DNA of 64,000 nucleotides from an uncultured Thermoleophilaceae bacterium (GCA_963733655.1 CAVTEX010000005.1:187834-251833), one strand, 5' to 3'. Shown: positions 38,317 through 48,921, counted from the first letter of the stretch. Numbers and translations: made by a program. The notes: a model not told the origin generated them from the sequence alone.

Positions 38317-39669
38317 ATGCGCAAGGTTCGCCTGCTGCCGGTCGCCGCCGTCGCATTGCTGCTCGTGGGGTGTGTGGGCGAGCGCCCGGAGGACCCGGTC
38401 GTGCTGACCGGCGCCGAGCTGCCCCGGCTGGCCGGCGCCGCGCCGGACAAGGTGATCGCCTTCCGCTGGCTGGGCGACCGCTGGGACCAGGTGCCGGTGC
38501 AGGTCGACGAGCGCGCGCGGGTCGACCTCGCCAAGCCGAAGAACGCGGCGGCGGTGGGCCAGACGTTCGTCACCTACACCGATCCCGCCACCTTCACCGG
38601 CCCCGACCCCAACCCCGGCGTCGACGCAGACGACGAGGTGGTCTTCATGGGCATCGACGGCGCCCTCGAGGCTCCCGCTGGCCAGTCACCACCGGGCGTG
38701 GCCGCCGGGACCGGCACGAAGGTCAGGATCTTCGACCGCGCCGGCGAGCCCACGCCGGCCTGGATCTACCTGTTTCGCCAGACCGGCAACCTCGATCAGG
38801 CGGCCGGGCGGCCATATGTGGACTACGACTTCAACCTGCTCTCGGGGGACTACAAGACCACCTACCGGCTCGGCGCCGGGCCGAATCCGGAGAACTCAAC
38901 CGCGAGCACCGCGTTCTACTCGCACCACTTCTCCGACCGCTGGGTGGACGACTCGCTGCGGATCACTGCGGGCACGGCCACGGGCGTGGACATCCTCGAC
39001 CGCCACAAGAACCTGTTCGCACCCGGCACCTGCGTGCGCACCGAAACCACGTTCTCGAACGGCGCCGGGGCGATGATCGCGAACAAGAGCGGCCCGGTGC
39101 GGGCGATCCGGTCCTACATCGGAGCCAACTCCGGCGTCTACACGCACCGCGAGCACCTGTTCTACGAGCGCCGGCAGGACATCACCACCTTCCTGCGCGT
39201 CCACGCCATCCCCGGAGTGATGGACTTCTTCGACTACTCCCCGGCCGCCTCCGGGATGACCTACCGCCACGACAGCGACTCCCGCTCCTTCCCGGTTGAC
39301 GGCGTGCCTGACTCCCCCACGGCCGGTCCGATCCGTTGGGAGACGATGAACGGCCCCCAGGGCTCGCTCGGGATCGCCCACACCGTGACCTCCGATGTGC
39401 CCGGGCTCACCTCCACCTCCTACTACCTCGACAAGCAGACGCCCGCGGGCGGCGCCGAGACCCAGTGCACCGGCGACGGCTCGGCCTACGGATCAAGCGG
39501 CCCGCGCATCGCCCAGGCGCTCCCCAACACCGATCCCACGATCGGGGCGGCCAACAGCCTGTCGACCACACGCCACCTGTTCTACGGCGCCCCCGGGAAG
39601 GCCGTGGGGCCGGACGAACTGGAACAGGTCACGGTGCCGCTCCAGACGACACAGACGCCCTGGCCCTGA
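38317..39669 (+). CDS. lipoprotein of unknown function
   Basis: 450 aa, intact. Lipobox signal MRKVRLLPVAAVALLLVGC. The remainder has no motif I recognise. Lies between clpX and clpP on the opposite strand. Confidence 0.75.
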   Translation: MRKVRLLPVAAVALLLVGCVGERPEDPVVLTGAELPRLAGAAPDKVIAFRWLGDRWDQVPVQVDERARVDLAKPKNAAAVGQTFVTYTDPATFTGPDPNPGVDADDEVVFMGIDGALEAPAGQSPPGVAAGTGTKVRIFDRAGEPTPAWIYLFRQTGNLDQAAGRPYVDYDFNLLSGDYKTTYRLGAGPNPENSTASTAFYSHHFSDRWVDDSLRITAGTATGVDILDRHKNLFAPGTCVRTETTFSNGAGAMIANKSGPVRAIRSYIGANSGVYTHREHLFYERRQDITTFLRVHAIPGVMDFFDYSPAASGMTYRHDSDSRSFPVDGVPDSPTAGPIRWETMNGPQGSLGIAHTVTSDVPGLTSTSYYLDKQTPAGGAETQCTGDGSAYGSSGPRIAQALPNTDPTIGAANSLSTTRHLFYGAPGKAVGPDELEQVTVPLQTTQTPWP

Positions 39670-39737
39670 GAGCCACGTCTCGCAGCACGCCCTTCGAGAA
39701 GCAGTAGCCGAGCGAAAACCAAGCAGTCCAAGGAAGA

Positions 39738-39771
39738 GGGGTCGGGATAGTGCTCTGCACATCCCGACCCC
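39738..39771. terminator. 11-bp perfect GC-rich hairpin between the convergent lipoprotein and clpP genes
   Basis: GGGGTCGGGAT-agtgctctgcac-ATCCCGACCCC, 69 nt after the lipoprotein stop and 33 nt after the clpP stop. No clear U-tract. Confidence 0.5.
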
Positions 39772-39803
39772 GATGACGCCGGAATGCGCCGGTTTGCAGC
39801 CGG

Positions 39804-40388
39804 CTAATGCTTATCGATGACGCGGTCGATGAGGTTGTACTCAGTGGCCTCTTCGGCGCTCATGAAGTAGTCGCGCTCGGTGTCGCGCGTGACCTTCTCG
39901 AAGTCCTGCCCGGTGTGCAGGGCGAGGATCTTGTCGAGGCGCTGGCGCACGTCGATGATCTCGCGAGCGTGGATCTCGATGTCGGTGGCCTGGCCCTGGA
40001 ACCCGGAGCTGACCTGGTGGATGAGGATCTTCGCGTTGGGCAGCGCCATGCGCTTGCCCCCGGCGCCTCCGGCGAGGAGCAGGGCGCCCATCGACATCGC
40101 GATCCCGACGCAGATCGTCTGCACGTCGGGCTTGATGAACTGCATCGTGTCGTAGATCGCGAGGCCCGCGTACACCGACCCGCCGGGCGAGTTGATGTAC
40201 AGCGAGATGTCCTTGTCGGGGTCCTCCGACTCGAGATGGAGGAGCTGGGCGACGATCAGGTTGGCGATGTCGTCGGTGACGGGCGTGCCGAGGAAGACGA
40301 TTCGCTCGTTGAGGAGGCGCGAGTAGATGTCGAACGCACGCTCTCCGCGAGAGGTCTGTTCGACGACCATTGGAACCAGAGGACTCAT
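39804..40388 (-). CDS. clpP: ATP-dependent Clp protease proteolytic subunit ClpP
   Basis: 194 aa, intact. [20 protein letters not shown]...[11 protein letters not shown]...IHQ catalytic Ser-His-Asp context. It is the only clpP in the window. Confidence 0.97.
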   Translation of the reverse strand: MSPLVPMVVEQTSRGERAFDIYSRLLNERIVFLGTPVTDDIANLIVAQLLHLESEDPDKDISLYINSPGGSVYAGLAIYDTMQFIKPDVQTICVGIAMSMGALLLAGGAGGKRMALPNAKILIHQVSSGFQGQATDIEIHAREIIDVRQRLDKILALHTGQDFEKVTRDTERDYFMSAEEATEYNLIDRVIDKH

Positions 40389-40422
40389 AGGCGGGCGAGT
40401 CTAGCGGTCGGGAGGGGGCCGC

Positions 40423-41831
40423 TCAGGAGCCTGGAGTCCAGATCTCGCCGGAGCTTTGGGCCGCTCCCTCCTCCTCCTTGTCCGGCGTCCAGAGCTTGTC
40501 CCGTGCGGCGGCCTTCTCGGCCGCGATGGGCTTGGCGTGCTCCACCAGCAGGTCCACGGCCTTGCGCATCGCGATGTCCTCGCGCAGCGCCTCGTCGGCC
40601 CCCTGGGAGCGCGCTCGCTTCAGGGCGCGCTTGAGCTGCTTCTCGGACGCGTCGGGGGGAGCGGCGGCTCGCAGCGCCTCGTTGACCTCTTCGTCGGAGA
40701 CCTCGATCCCCTCCGCATCGACGATCGCCGACAGCACCGCCTCGCGCTTGAGGGCCAGCTCGGCGTCGGGCTCCGACTCCGTGGCGAGCTCCTCCTCGGT
40801 CTTTCCGGTCATCTCGAGGTAGCGCGCCGGATCCACGCCCTGCGCCTCGAGCCGGCGTGCGGTCCGGTGCCACATCTCGTGAGCCTTCGAATGGACGAGA
40901 TCGTGGGGCACCTCCACGGTGGCCTGGGCCACCACGGCGTCCACCGCCGCCTCGCGGAACTCGCTCTCGATCGAGCGCTCCTCTGCTTCCGCGAGCCGCT
41001 GCTCGATATCGGAGCGCAGCTCGTCGAGCGAGTCGTAGCCGCCGGCCTGCTCGGCCAGCTCGTCGTCGAGCTCCGGCAGGGCCTTCTCCTTGACCTCCTT
41101 GACGTCCACGTCGAAGACCGCTTCTCGGCCCGCCAGATGCTCGGCCTGGTAGTCGTCGGGGAAGGTCACGGTCACCGCGCGCGACTCGCCCGCGCGAGCG
41201 CCCTGGAGCTGCTCCTCGAAGCCAGGGATCAGCCGGTCCGGAGCCCAGCTCGGCCACGTGCCCCCGCGCCTCGCCGCCGGCGAAAGCCTCGCCGTCGAGA
41301 CGGCCCACGAAGTCCATGACGAGGAAGTCTCCTTCGCCGGCCTCGCGGTCGACGTTCTCGAGCGAGGCGAGGGACTCGCGCACGCGCTCCAGCTCGGCCT
41401 GCACCTCGTTCGGGTCGGGCGACGGCTCGCGGCGCCCGACCTCCACGCCCTTGTACTCGGCCAGGCGCGCCGGGGGCACGATCCCGACCTCGATCGAGAA
41501 GCCGAGCGAGGCGCCCTGCTCGGGCAGGTCGGTGAGATCGATCTTGGGATCGCCGACGGTGGTGATCCCGGCCTCGTGGATCGCCTGCTCGTACCAGCCC
41601 GGGAAGCCCGCGGCGCACCGCCTCGTCGAGCACGGCCTCGCGGCCCACCTGGCGGATCACGACCTGGGCCGGCACCTTGCCCTTTCGAAAGCCGGGCACG
41701 CGCATCTCGCGGCCGAGTTCGGAGGCGGCGGTCTCGAGTTCGCGCTCGAGCGCGGCACTCGGCACCTCGACCTCCAACCGGACACGCGAGTCTCCGAGTT
41801 CCGTGGTCTTCGTGGTCACTGCTGCGGCCAT
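40423..41831 (-). CDS. tig: trigger factor, two apparent frameshifts (~41612, ~41238)
   Basis: N-terminus MAAAVTTKTTELGDSRVRLEVEVP...MRVPGFRKGKVP (ORF 41229..41966 from ATG 41831). PPIase part ...LAEYKGVEVGRREP...DFLVMDFVGRLDGEAFAGGEA (ORF 40385..41479). C-terminal part in ORF 40423..41175. Confidence 0.9.
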
Positions 41832-41990
41832 GAGGGAAATGACGATAGCTTGGCCGCGCGTGAACTCCCTGCGCCGCTCACACGCCGAACGCCTCCAGGC
41901 CTGGGTGGTCACCGGACCGCTCGGGCATCTGTGGAGCGTGCTGGCCGACGTGACGATCCTGCTCACGCGCTACGCGGCGCAACAGCTGCG

Positions 41991-43284
41991 TCAGCGCATG
42001 CTCGCCGGAGCGGGCAGCCGGCCCAGCAGCCGCCGGTAGCCGTCCATCACCGGCCTGGGGAAGTCGCCGTGGGTCTGCGCTGCGCAGCCGCGGCACGCGC
42101 TCGCGGTGGAACGGGCTGTCGCGGTTCTCGTTGTGGCCGATCACGTTCCGGGTGGCGATCCCGTGGCGCCCCTGGAGCATCCGCGTCAGTCGCAGGGAGG
42201 CGGCGCGCTGGCGCCGGTTGCCCATCACCTGGGCGTCGCTCTGCCCGACGTGCTCGATGCCGATCGCGGTGTAGTTGAGACCGACCGTATGGCGGCACAT
42301 GATCGTGGTCGGGACCAGCCCGTAGACCTTGCCGTCGCGGTCGATCACGTAGTGGGCGCACACTCCGGGGAGCTCGCCGAGCTCGGGATCCGGGGCGTCG
42401 GTGGCGAAGTAGTTGTAGACCGGCTGGAAGGTGTCGGTGACGGTGTAATGCTGGACGATCACCTTCGGGGAGCGCAGCCGCCAGTCGTCGATGCCGTAGT
42501 GGCGCCGCGCGTAGCCACGCATCTCCTCACGGCGCTTGGCCGGGAACGGAATCGGCTTGGCCCGCACCCGCTGCGGCGCGATCGCCCGCGCCAACGACAG
42601 CACCGCGCGCGTTTGGCGGCGCACCCCCGCCGCGCCGAGTGCCCCGCCGGGCAGCTCCACGACGAACGCGGAGTCATCCTCGAACTCGTGGTTCTGCCAA
42701 GAGGTCGCGGTTCCGTTGTACGCGGGCAGGCGCCTGCGCGGCAGGCCGCTGCGGCGTGAGTACAGACGCTCGAGCACCGGATCTCCGGCGCTCCTCACCA
42801 CCATCGTGAGCGCCTGGTGGTACCAGAGGGTCACCCGCGGGCGCTCGCGCTCGATGAAGCGCTGCATCACCTCGGTCTCAGGCTCGGATGCCGGGCCCGG
42901 CCCGGATTCGTACACACCGTCCTGCGGGCGCCAGCGGTAGGGGAAGTTGCGATTCAGGTCCACCCCGGCCGCGTTGTGGCGGCTGCCGGCGGCGGCACCG
43001 TCCGGGTTGGCGTCTTCCACGAGCCAGAGCGCCGTCCCGCGTGGAGGCCTGGCCCCGCGCAGCCGCGTGATCACGGCCTTGCCTGCGAGCTCGTTGCCGT
43101 GCACCGCGCCCACCACCATCACCTTCGTGCGGGCGCGCGGGCTGCCCACCCGCAGGGCGCGGATCGGCCGGCCCTGGCCCGAGCGGCCGATCACCTCCCA
43201 GGACGCCTGCGACGCTGTCGCGGGCGCGCCAGGCCCGAGCGAGGCGGCAAGGCTCATGAACAGGGTGCCGAGGAGCACGGTCAC
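41991..43284 (-). CDS. secreted fusion of M14 zinc carboxypeptidase and N-acetylmuramoyl-L-alanine amidase (Amidase_2/PGRP) domains; one apparent frameshift ~42075
   Basis: Signal peptide, VGAVHGNELAG...DANPDG...NRNFP (M14), then CAHYVIDRDGKVYGLVP...VGLNYTAIGIEHVG...VIGHNE (Amidase_2). True C-terminus AQTHGDFPRPVMDGYRRLLGRLPAPASMR* by own translation (stop 41991-41993). Confidence 0.8.
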
Positions 43285-43318
43285 TGAGACTACGGCCGGG
43301 TACTAACGTCCGGTCGCA

Positions 43319-44536
43319 GTGATCAACGATCTGGCCGAGCGCGCCGTCGCCGGAGGACGGCTGGCGATAGACACCGAATTCGTCTCCGAGCGCCGTTACC
43401 AGGCGCTGCTCTGCCTCGCTCAGGTGGCCGTACCGGACCCGGATGCGCCCGAGGGGGTGCGCACCGAGGTGCTCGATCCGATCGCCGACGAGTTCGACCC
43501 GGCGCCACTCGCCCGCGTGCTGGCCGACCCCGACATCGAGATCGTGGTTCACGCCGGGCGCCAGGACGTTGCGATCCTGAGGCGCACCTGGCAAACCGAG
43601 GTCACGAACGTCTTCGACACCCAGGTGGCGGCGGGCTTTGTGGGCCACGGCAACCAGGAGGGCTACGAGTCGCTGGTCCGCAAGGTTCTCAAGGTCAAGC
43701 TCCACGGCAGCGAGGGCTTCACCCGCTGGGACAAGCGCCCGCTCACCGCCAAGCAGCTCGAGTACGCCGCTGACGATGCGCGCCTGCTGCTCGAGCTGGG
43801 CACGGTGCTGGAACGGCGCCTGGAGGAGCGCGGCAGGCTTGCGTGGGCGCGCGAGGAATGCCGCGCGGTGGCGCAGTCCACGGACGAGCGCAGCGCGGAG
43901 CGCGCGTACGAGCGGCTCCCTCGGCTGGGGCGCCTGAACGACTCCACACGAGCGATCGCGCGCGAGCTGGCCGAGTGGCGCGAGGACGCGGCGCGTTCCG
44001 TGGACCGGGCGCCGGGCTCGATCCTGCCCGACCAGGCCCTGATCGAGATCGCGCGGCGCACGCCCGCGGACCGCAACGGGCTCGAGCAGATCCGCGGCCT
44101 GCCGCCGCAGACGCTCCACCGCCGCACCGACTCTCTCCTCGAGGCGATCGAGCGCGGCCGGACGCGCACCCCTCCCCCACCCCCGCCCGAGCCTCCGGCG
44201 CGAGACTCGGCCGACGCCCCGCTCGTTTCGCTCGCCCAGGCGCTGGTGCGCCACCGGTCGATGGAGTCGCAGGTGGCGGTCGAGGTGATCGCCACGCAGT
44301 CGGAGCTCGCCGCGCTCATGTCGGCGCTGCGCCGAGGCGACGACGGTGACCACCTGCGCGTCAACCAGGGCTGGCGCCGCGAGCTCGTGGGTCAGGAGCT
44401 GGAGGAACTGGCCGCGGGGCGGCGCAGCCTCAGCGTGGGTGAGGACGGCCGGCTGCGGGTCATGGCAGGGCCAGACCCGCGGGCACGTCTCCCTGGTCGA
44501 TCAGGCGGCGAATCTCGTTGCTCTTCTTCGGATTGA
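43319..44536 (+). CDS. rnd: ribonuclease D (DEDD 3'-5' exonuclease + HRDC)
   Basis: 405 aa. LAIDTEFVSERRYQALLCLAQV...HAGRQDVAIL...YAADDARLLLEL and an HRDC-like region. The last ~25 codons overlap the convergent gene and may be read-through. Confidence 0.85.
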   Translation: MINDLAERAVAGGRLAIDTEFVSERRYQALLCLAQVAVPDPDAPEGVRTEVLDPIADEFDPAPLARVLADPDIEIVVHAGRQDVAILRRTWQTEVTNVFDTQVAAGFVGHGNQEGYESLVRKVLKVKLHGSEGFTRWDKRPLTAKQLEYAADDARLLLELGTVLERRLEERGRLAWAREECRAVAQSTDERSAERAYERLPRLGRLNDSTRAIARELAEWREDAARSVDRAPGSILPDQALIEIARRTPADRNGLEQIRGLPPQTLHRRTDSLLEAIERGRTRTPPPPPPEPPARDSADAPLVSLAQALVRHRSMESQVAVEVIATQSELAALMSALRRGDDGDHLRVNQGWRRELVGQELEELAAGRRSLSVGEDGRLRVMAGPDPRARLPGRSGGESRCSSSD

Positions 44537-45416
44537 GGCACACATGCCGCTGGCCGACGCTCGGCTTCTCCGCCAGCAGTCCCGCTTCCACCAGCGCCTC
44601 GCCAACCTCGTAGGCCAGCGCTCGCTCGTTGCCGGCGAAGCCCCGGGCCAGGTGGTCGAAGGCCGTGTGGTAGCCGCCCCACTTGCCCATGCCGTCGAGC
44701 CGCTGAAGGATGCGCCGCGTGACACGCCGCGACGGGTCCGGATCCTCGTGCGCGCGCGCGACCGAGCCGGCGGGCTCGAGCAGCTGAAGCAGCTGGGCCT
44801 CCAGGACGTCGACCGCGTCCTCGTCGAGCGGCGATGCGCCGAGGCGGGTGATGGCCTCCGCCACGCGCAGCGGATGCGTGGCCCCGATCGGGGGGCGCAG
44901 GTCGTCGGCGCCCTCGAGCACGTGCCCCGGCACGAGCAGCGCCCGCGCGCGCAGCCGGTCGATGCGCCGGCTCTCGAACTCGCTGTTGAGCCCCTCTTCC
45001 GCATACTCGGCCGCTTCCAGCGCGGCGGCCGCCGGATACGAGAGCACGAGCGCGTCGCCGAGCGAGCCCAGCTCGAGGCTCAGGTCCTCGACGGCCGACG
45101 GCGGGCCGGGTGAGGCGCCCTCCACCACCTGCTCGACGACCGCGATGGCCAGGGCGGCCGCCCGGTCGCCCACCGCGCCGGTGTCGGCGCGAAGCTCCTT
45201 GACCACGGGGAGGGCCGTCAGCAGGGCGCCGTCGGTGGCGGCGATGGCCACCACGATCGGCGTCTCGTAGCCGGTACGGGGCTGTTCGAGCTCGCCGAGT
45301 CCACGCCGAAGCTCGGCGTCCAGCAGCGTTCTCAGGCGTGCCGACCACTCGCGGGCGGCGTGCGCGCCACCGGCGTCCGCGAGAGCGCGCTGAAACTCGC
45401 TGGGGCTGTCGCCCAT
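44460..45416 (-). CDS. hypothetical protein with C-terminal winged-helix-like domain
   Basis: Track ORF 44460..45482 trimmed to ATG 45416 (MGDSPSEFQRAL...). C-terminus GKWGGYHTAFDHLARGFAGNERALAYEVGEALVEAGLLAEKPSVGQRHVCLNPKKSNEIRRLI looks wHTH-like. No family name recognised. Confidence 0.5.
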   Translation of the reverse strand: MGDSPSEFQRALADAGGAHAAREWSARLRTLLDAELRRGLGELEQPRTGYETPIVVAIAATDGALLTALPVVKELRADTGAVGDRAAALAIAVVEQVVEGASPGPPSAVEDLSLELGSLGDALVLSYPAAAALEAAEYAEEGLNSEFESRRIDRLRARALLVPGHVLEGADDLRPPIGATHPLRVAEAITRLGASPLDEDAVDVLEAQLLQLLEPAGSVARAHEDPDPSRRVTRRILQRLDGMGKWGGYHTAFDHLARGFAGNERALAYEVGEALVEAGLLAEKPSVGQRHVCLNPKKSNEIRRLIDQGDVPAGLALP

Positions 45417-45459
45417 AACGGCAGCGTACGGGGCGGCCCAACCGGGTATCGCGGTCCCG

Positions 45460-45939
45460 ATGAACCGCAAGCTGCTCGGCATCTACCTCAACGACCACCT
45501 CGGGGGCTCGACCGTCGGCGTCGAGCTCGCCAGGCGCACCGCCCGGGAGAACGAACACTCGGAATTCGGTGACTTTCTCGCCAGTCTGGTCGACGAGATC
45601 GAGAGCGATCGAGATGCGCTGATGGCGATCATGGACGACCTCGGCATCCGCAAGGACCCCGTGCGGCGAGCGGCCGGCTGGGCGGCCGAGAAGGCGGGGC
45701 GCCTGAAGCCCAACGGACAGCTGCGCGGCTACTCGCCCCTGAGCCTGCTCGTGGAGCTCGAGGGGCTGGCGCTGGGGGTGACCGGCAAGCTCGCGCTCTG
45801 GAAGGCCCTGCGCCTGGTTGCCGAAGAAGAGGCGCGGCTCGCCGCCCATCCTCTCGACCGCCTCGTCGAGCGGGCGGAGACCCAGCAGCGGCAGATCGAA
45901 GAGCGCCGCCTCAAGGCCGCTCACCTTGCCTTCGCGTAG
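45460..45939 (+). CDS. hypothetical protein (helical, no recognised family)
   Basis: 159 aa, coding-like composition (MNRKLLGIYLNDHLGGSTVGVELARRTARENEHSEFGDFLASLVDEIESDRDALMAIM...). Divergent from 44460..45416. Confidence 0.5.
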   Translation: MNRKLLGIYLNDHLGGSTVGVELARRTARENEHSEFGDFLASLVDEIESDRDALMAIMDDLGIRKDPVRRAAGWAAEKAGRLKPNGQLRGYSPLSLLVELEGLALGVTGKLALWKALRLVAEEEARLAAHPLDRLVERAETQQRQIEERRLKAAHLAFA

Positions 45940-45951
45940 CCTGCCCCGCCG

Positions 45952-47517
45952 ATGGTCTGGGAGCCGGAGCTCGACGAGCTGCGCCGGCGCGAGGAGCTCG
46001 CCCGCCGTATGGGGGGCGAGGAACGCGTCGCGCGCCAGCACGCCTCCGGCCGGCTGACCGTCCGCGAGCGGATCGACCGGCTGCTCGACCCAGACAGCTT
46101 CCACGAGACCGGCGCCCTGGCCGGGCGCGCCACCTACGGCGCCGACGGGCAGATCGAGGACTTCCTGCCCGCCAACACCGTGGTGGGACAGGGCCGGATC
46201 GACGGCCGGCGCGTGGCGGTCCAGGGCGACGACTTCACCGTTCGCGGGGGCGCGGCCGACGCCGCCATCTGGGAGAAGGCGGTTTTCGCCGAGCGTCTTG
46301 CCCACGACCTGCGGCTGCCGCTGGTCCGGCTGGTGGACGGCACCGGCGGCGGGGGCTCGGTGAAGACGCTCGAGCAGATGGGGTTCTCCTACGTGCCGCC
46401 GCTGCCGGGCTTCGACCTCGTGGTCGAGAACCTGTCGATCGTGCCGGTGGTCGCGGCGGCGCTCGGGCCGGTGGCGGGCCTCGGGGCGGCGCGGGTGGTG
46501 TGCTCGCACTTCTCGGTGATCGTGCGCGGGAGCGCTCAGCTGTTCGTGGCCGGGCCGCCGGTCGTGGCGATGGCCGGCATGGGCGAGGCGCCCGGCAAGG
46601 AGGAGCTCGGCGGCGCCCGTCTTCAGGCCCGTGCCGGCGCGGTTGACAACGTGGCCGCCGACGAGGACGAGGCGCTCGACCAGCTCAAGCGCTTTCTCTC
46701 GTACATGCCCGAGAACGTCTGGGAGGCCCCACCGCCGGCGCCTTCGAGCGATCCGAGCGACCGGCGCGAGGAGGAGCTTCTCTCGATCGTCCCGCGCGAT
46801 CCACGACAGCCGTACAAGGTGCGGCGGATCCTCGAACACGTGCTCGACCGGGACTCGCTGTTCGAGCTCGGCGCGGCGTTCGGGCGCCCGACGGTGACCG
46901 CCCTCGCCCGCCTGGGCGGCCGGCCGGTGGGTGTGCTGGCGTCGGATCCCGAGCAATACGGAGGCGGCGTCAACGCCGATGCGGCGGAGAAGACCGCACG
47001 CTTCGTCGACCTCTGCGACCAGTTCCACCTGCCGGTGGTGAACTTCGTCGACGTGCCCGGTTTCCTGATCGGCACCGACGCCGAGCGGGCGGGCACGATC
47101 CGGCGCGGAGCACGCGGCCTGTTCGCGGTGGTGCAAGCGACCGTGCCGTGGGTGTCTGTGCTCATCCGTAAGGTCTACGGCGTGGCGGGTGCCGGACACG
47201 GCGACGGCTCGCGGCTGAACCTGCGTTTCGCATGGCCGTCGGGCAACTGGGGATCGCTTCCACTGGCCGGCGGGCTGGAGGCGGCCTACCGGCGCGAGCT
47301 CGAGGCCGCGGAGGATCCCGAGACGCTGCGCAACCAGATCGCGGCGCGGCTCGAAGCTGTCACGTCGCCGTTCCGCAGCGCCGAGCGCTTCAGCGTCGAG
47401 GAGATCATCGACCCGCGCGACACGCGGCCGATTCTCTGCGACTGGGCCGAGCGCGCCCACGAGCTGGTGCGCCACGATCTGCACGCGGGCCCCAAGGCGA
47501 GAGGGCCGCGGCCCTGA
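45952..47517 (+). CDS. acyl-CoA carboxylase carboxyltransferase (beta) subunit family protein
   Basis: 521 aa, intact. GRLTVRERIDRLLDPDSF, ...GDDFTVRGGA..., ...VNFVDVPGFLIG...ERAGTIRRGA... Confidence 0.9.
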   Translation: MVWEPELDELRRREELARRMGGEERVARQHASGRLTVRERIDRLLDPDSFHETGALAGRATYGADGQIEDFLPANTVVGQGRIDGRRVAVQGDDFTVRGGAADAAIWEKAVFAERLAHDLRLPLVRLVDGTGGGGSVKTLEQMGFSYVPPLPGFDLVVENLSIVPVVAAALGPVAGLGAARVVCSHFSVIVRGSAQLFVAGPPVVAMAGMGEAPGKEELGGARLQARAGAVDNVAADEDEALDQLKRFLSYMPENVWEAPPPAPSSDPSDRREEELLSIVPRDPRQPYKVRRILEHVLDRDSLFELGAAFGRPTVTALARLGGRPVGVLASDPEQYGGGVNADAAEKTARFVDLCDQFHLPVVNFVDVPGFLIGTDAERAGTIRRGARGLFAVVQATVPWVSVLIRKVYGVAGAGHGDGSRLNLRFAWPSGNWGSLPLAGGLEAAYRRELEAAEDPETLRNQIAARLEAVTSPFRSAERFSVEEIIDPRDTRPILCDWAERAHELVRHDLHAGPKARGPRP

Positions 47518-47540
47518 GCGCGCCCACGCAGACTGGCGCG

Positions 47541-48921
47541 GTGGCCGAGGCCGCCGCGCGCAGACGCAGGCGCCGTCGCGGCCGCGCCGACGGCTGGACC
47601 CCGGCGCACGTGCGTCGCCTCTTCTGGCGGGCAGGCTTCGGGGCGACGCCCCGGGAGGCCCGCCACTGGGCCCGGCGCGGCAAGCCGGCCACTGTCCGCT
47701 GGATCCTCAACGGCGGGCCGGCGCCGAACCCGCGCATAGCGGCGGCGACGGTCGACGGCAGGCCGCTCGATCCGGTCAACGAGTGGAGTCACGACGTGCT
47801 CTGGTGGCTCGACCGCATGGTCCGTTCGCCGCGCCCGCTGAAGGAGAAGATGACCTTCTTCTGGCACGACCACTTCGCCACGTCGGACCAGGACACGCCG
47901 ATGATGCTCGCGCAGAACCGCACCTTCCGCCGCAACGCGCTGGGCAGCTTCCCCGACCTGCTGCGGGCCGTGACCACCGATCCGGCGATGCTGCTGCACC
48001 TCTCGCTGGCGAACTCCGATCCGGAGGAGCCGAACGAGAACTTCGCCCGGGAGCTGATGGAGCTCTACACGCTCGGCCGCGGCTACAGCGAGCGCGACAT
48101 CCGCCAGGCTTCCCAGGCGCTCACCGGCTTCCGCGCCGACTGGCGCGACGACGGCAACCTGCGCACCTACTACGACCCCGAGTTCCACGCCAAGGGCCGC
48201 ACGGTCATCTTTGGCAAGAAGGGTCGTCACGACTGGAAGGACGTGCTCAGGCTCTGCGTCAACCACCCGGCGCACGCGGGCTTCATGGTCGACAAGCTGT
48301 GGGACTTCTTCGTCGGCGCGCCGCTGCCGCGGCCCACTCGGCGCGGCGCTGGCGGCGACCTACCGCCGCTCGGGTCACCGCATCAAGCCCGTGGTGGCGG
48401 ACATCCTCGCCCACCCCGCGCTGTACCGCAGCTTGACGCCCCAACATGGTCAAGTCGCCGGTGGTGTTCGTCGCCGGCGCGCTGCGCAGCTCGCGGCCAG
48501 GGCATCGAGCGCGAAGCCTGGGGCTGGCTGCTGAGCGGCATGGGCCAGGAGCCCTTCAGCCCCCCGTCGGTGGCCGGCTGGGACTGGGGCACCGCGTGGC
48601 TCTCGTCGAACTCGATGCACTAGCGCTTCGACGCCGCCAACTACCTGCTCGACACGCCGCGCGTGCGCGTGGAGGACGACTCCACGCCGCCGGGCCTGGG
48701 CCCCGCCAAGGCCGTGGCGCCGGGCCCGACGCGCGGTGGGCGACCCATGGACCTCGCGCCAGACCGACCGCGAGCTGCTGCGCATCGCCCGGCGGCTGCT
48801 CGACGACCGCGAGAAACGCCGCGACGGCGGCTGGCGCCAGCCCAAGCAGCAGCGGGCCGACATGTGCCAGCGCGTGCTGCGCCAGCTGCTCGTCTGCGGA
48901 CCCGACGCCCAGGTGCACTGA
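47541..48921 (+). pseudogene. DUF1800 family protein, disrupted by at least 4 apparent frameshifts and an in-frame TAG (48621-48623)
   Basis: VRRLFWRAGFGATPRE...MTFFWHDHFATS...NENFARELMELYTLGRGYSERDIRQASQALTG (ORF 47232..48623). Pieces also in ORFs 48211..48534, 48446..48943 and 48736..48921. ...WLSSNSMH-TAG-RFDAANYLLD continues in the same frame. Confidence 0.75.

Noticed and set aside
44392-47484. 1030-aa minus-strand ORF, the longest in the track
   Set aside because: Its composition is Arg/Gly/Pro/His-rich with no recognisable motif. It lies antisense to the clearly homologous carboxyltransferase (45952..47517) and the other plus-strand genes. This is a typical open off-frame in ~70% GC DNA.
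48621-48623. In-frame TAG in DUF1800 as pyrrolysine or programmed read-through
   Set aside because: No pyl genes or PYLIS-like context are visible, and the gene is otherwise full of indels. A nonsense substitution or a base-call error is far more likely.
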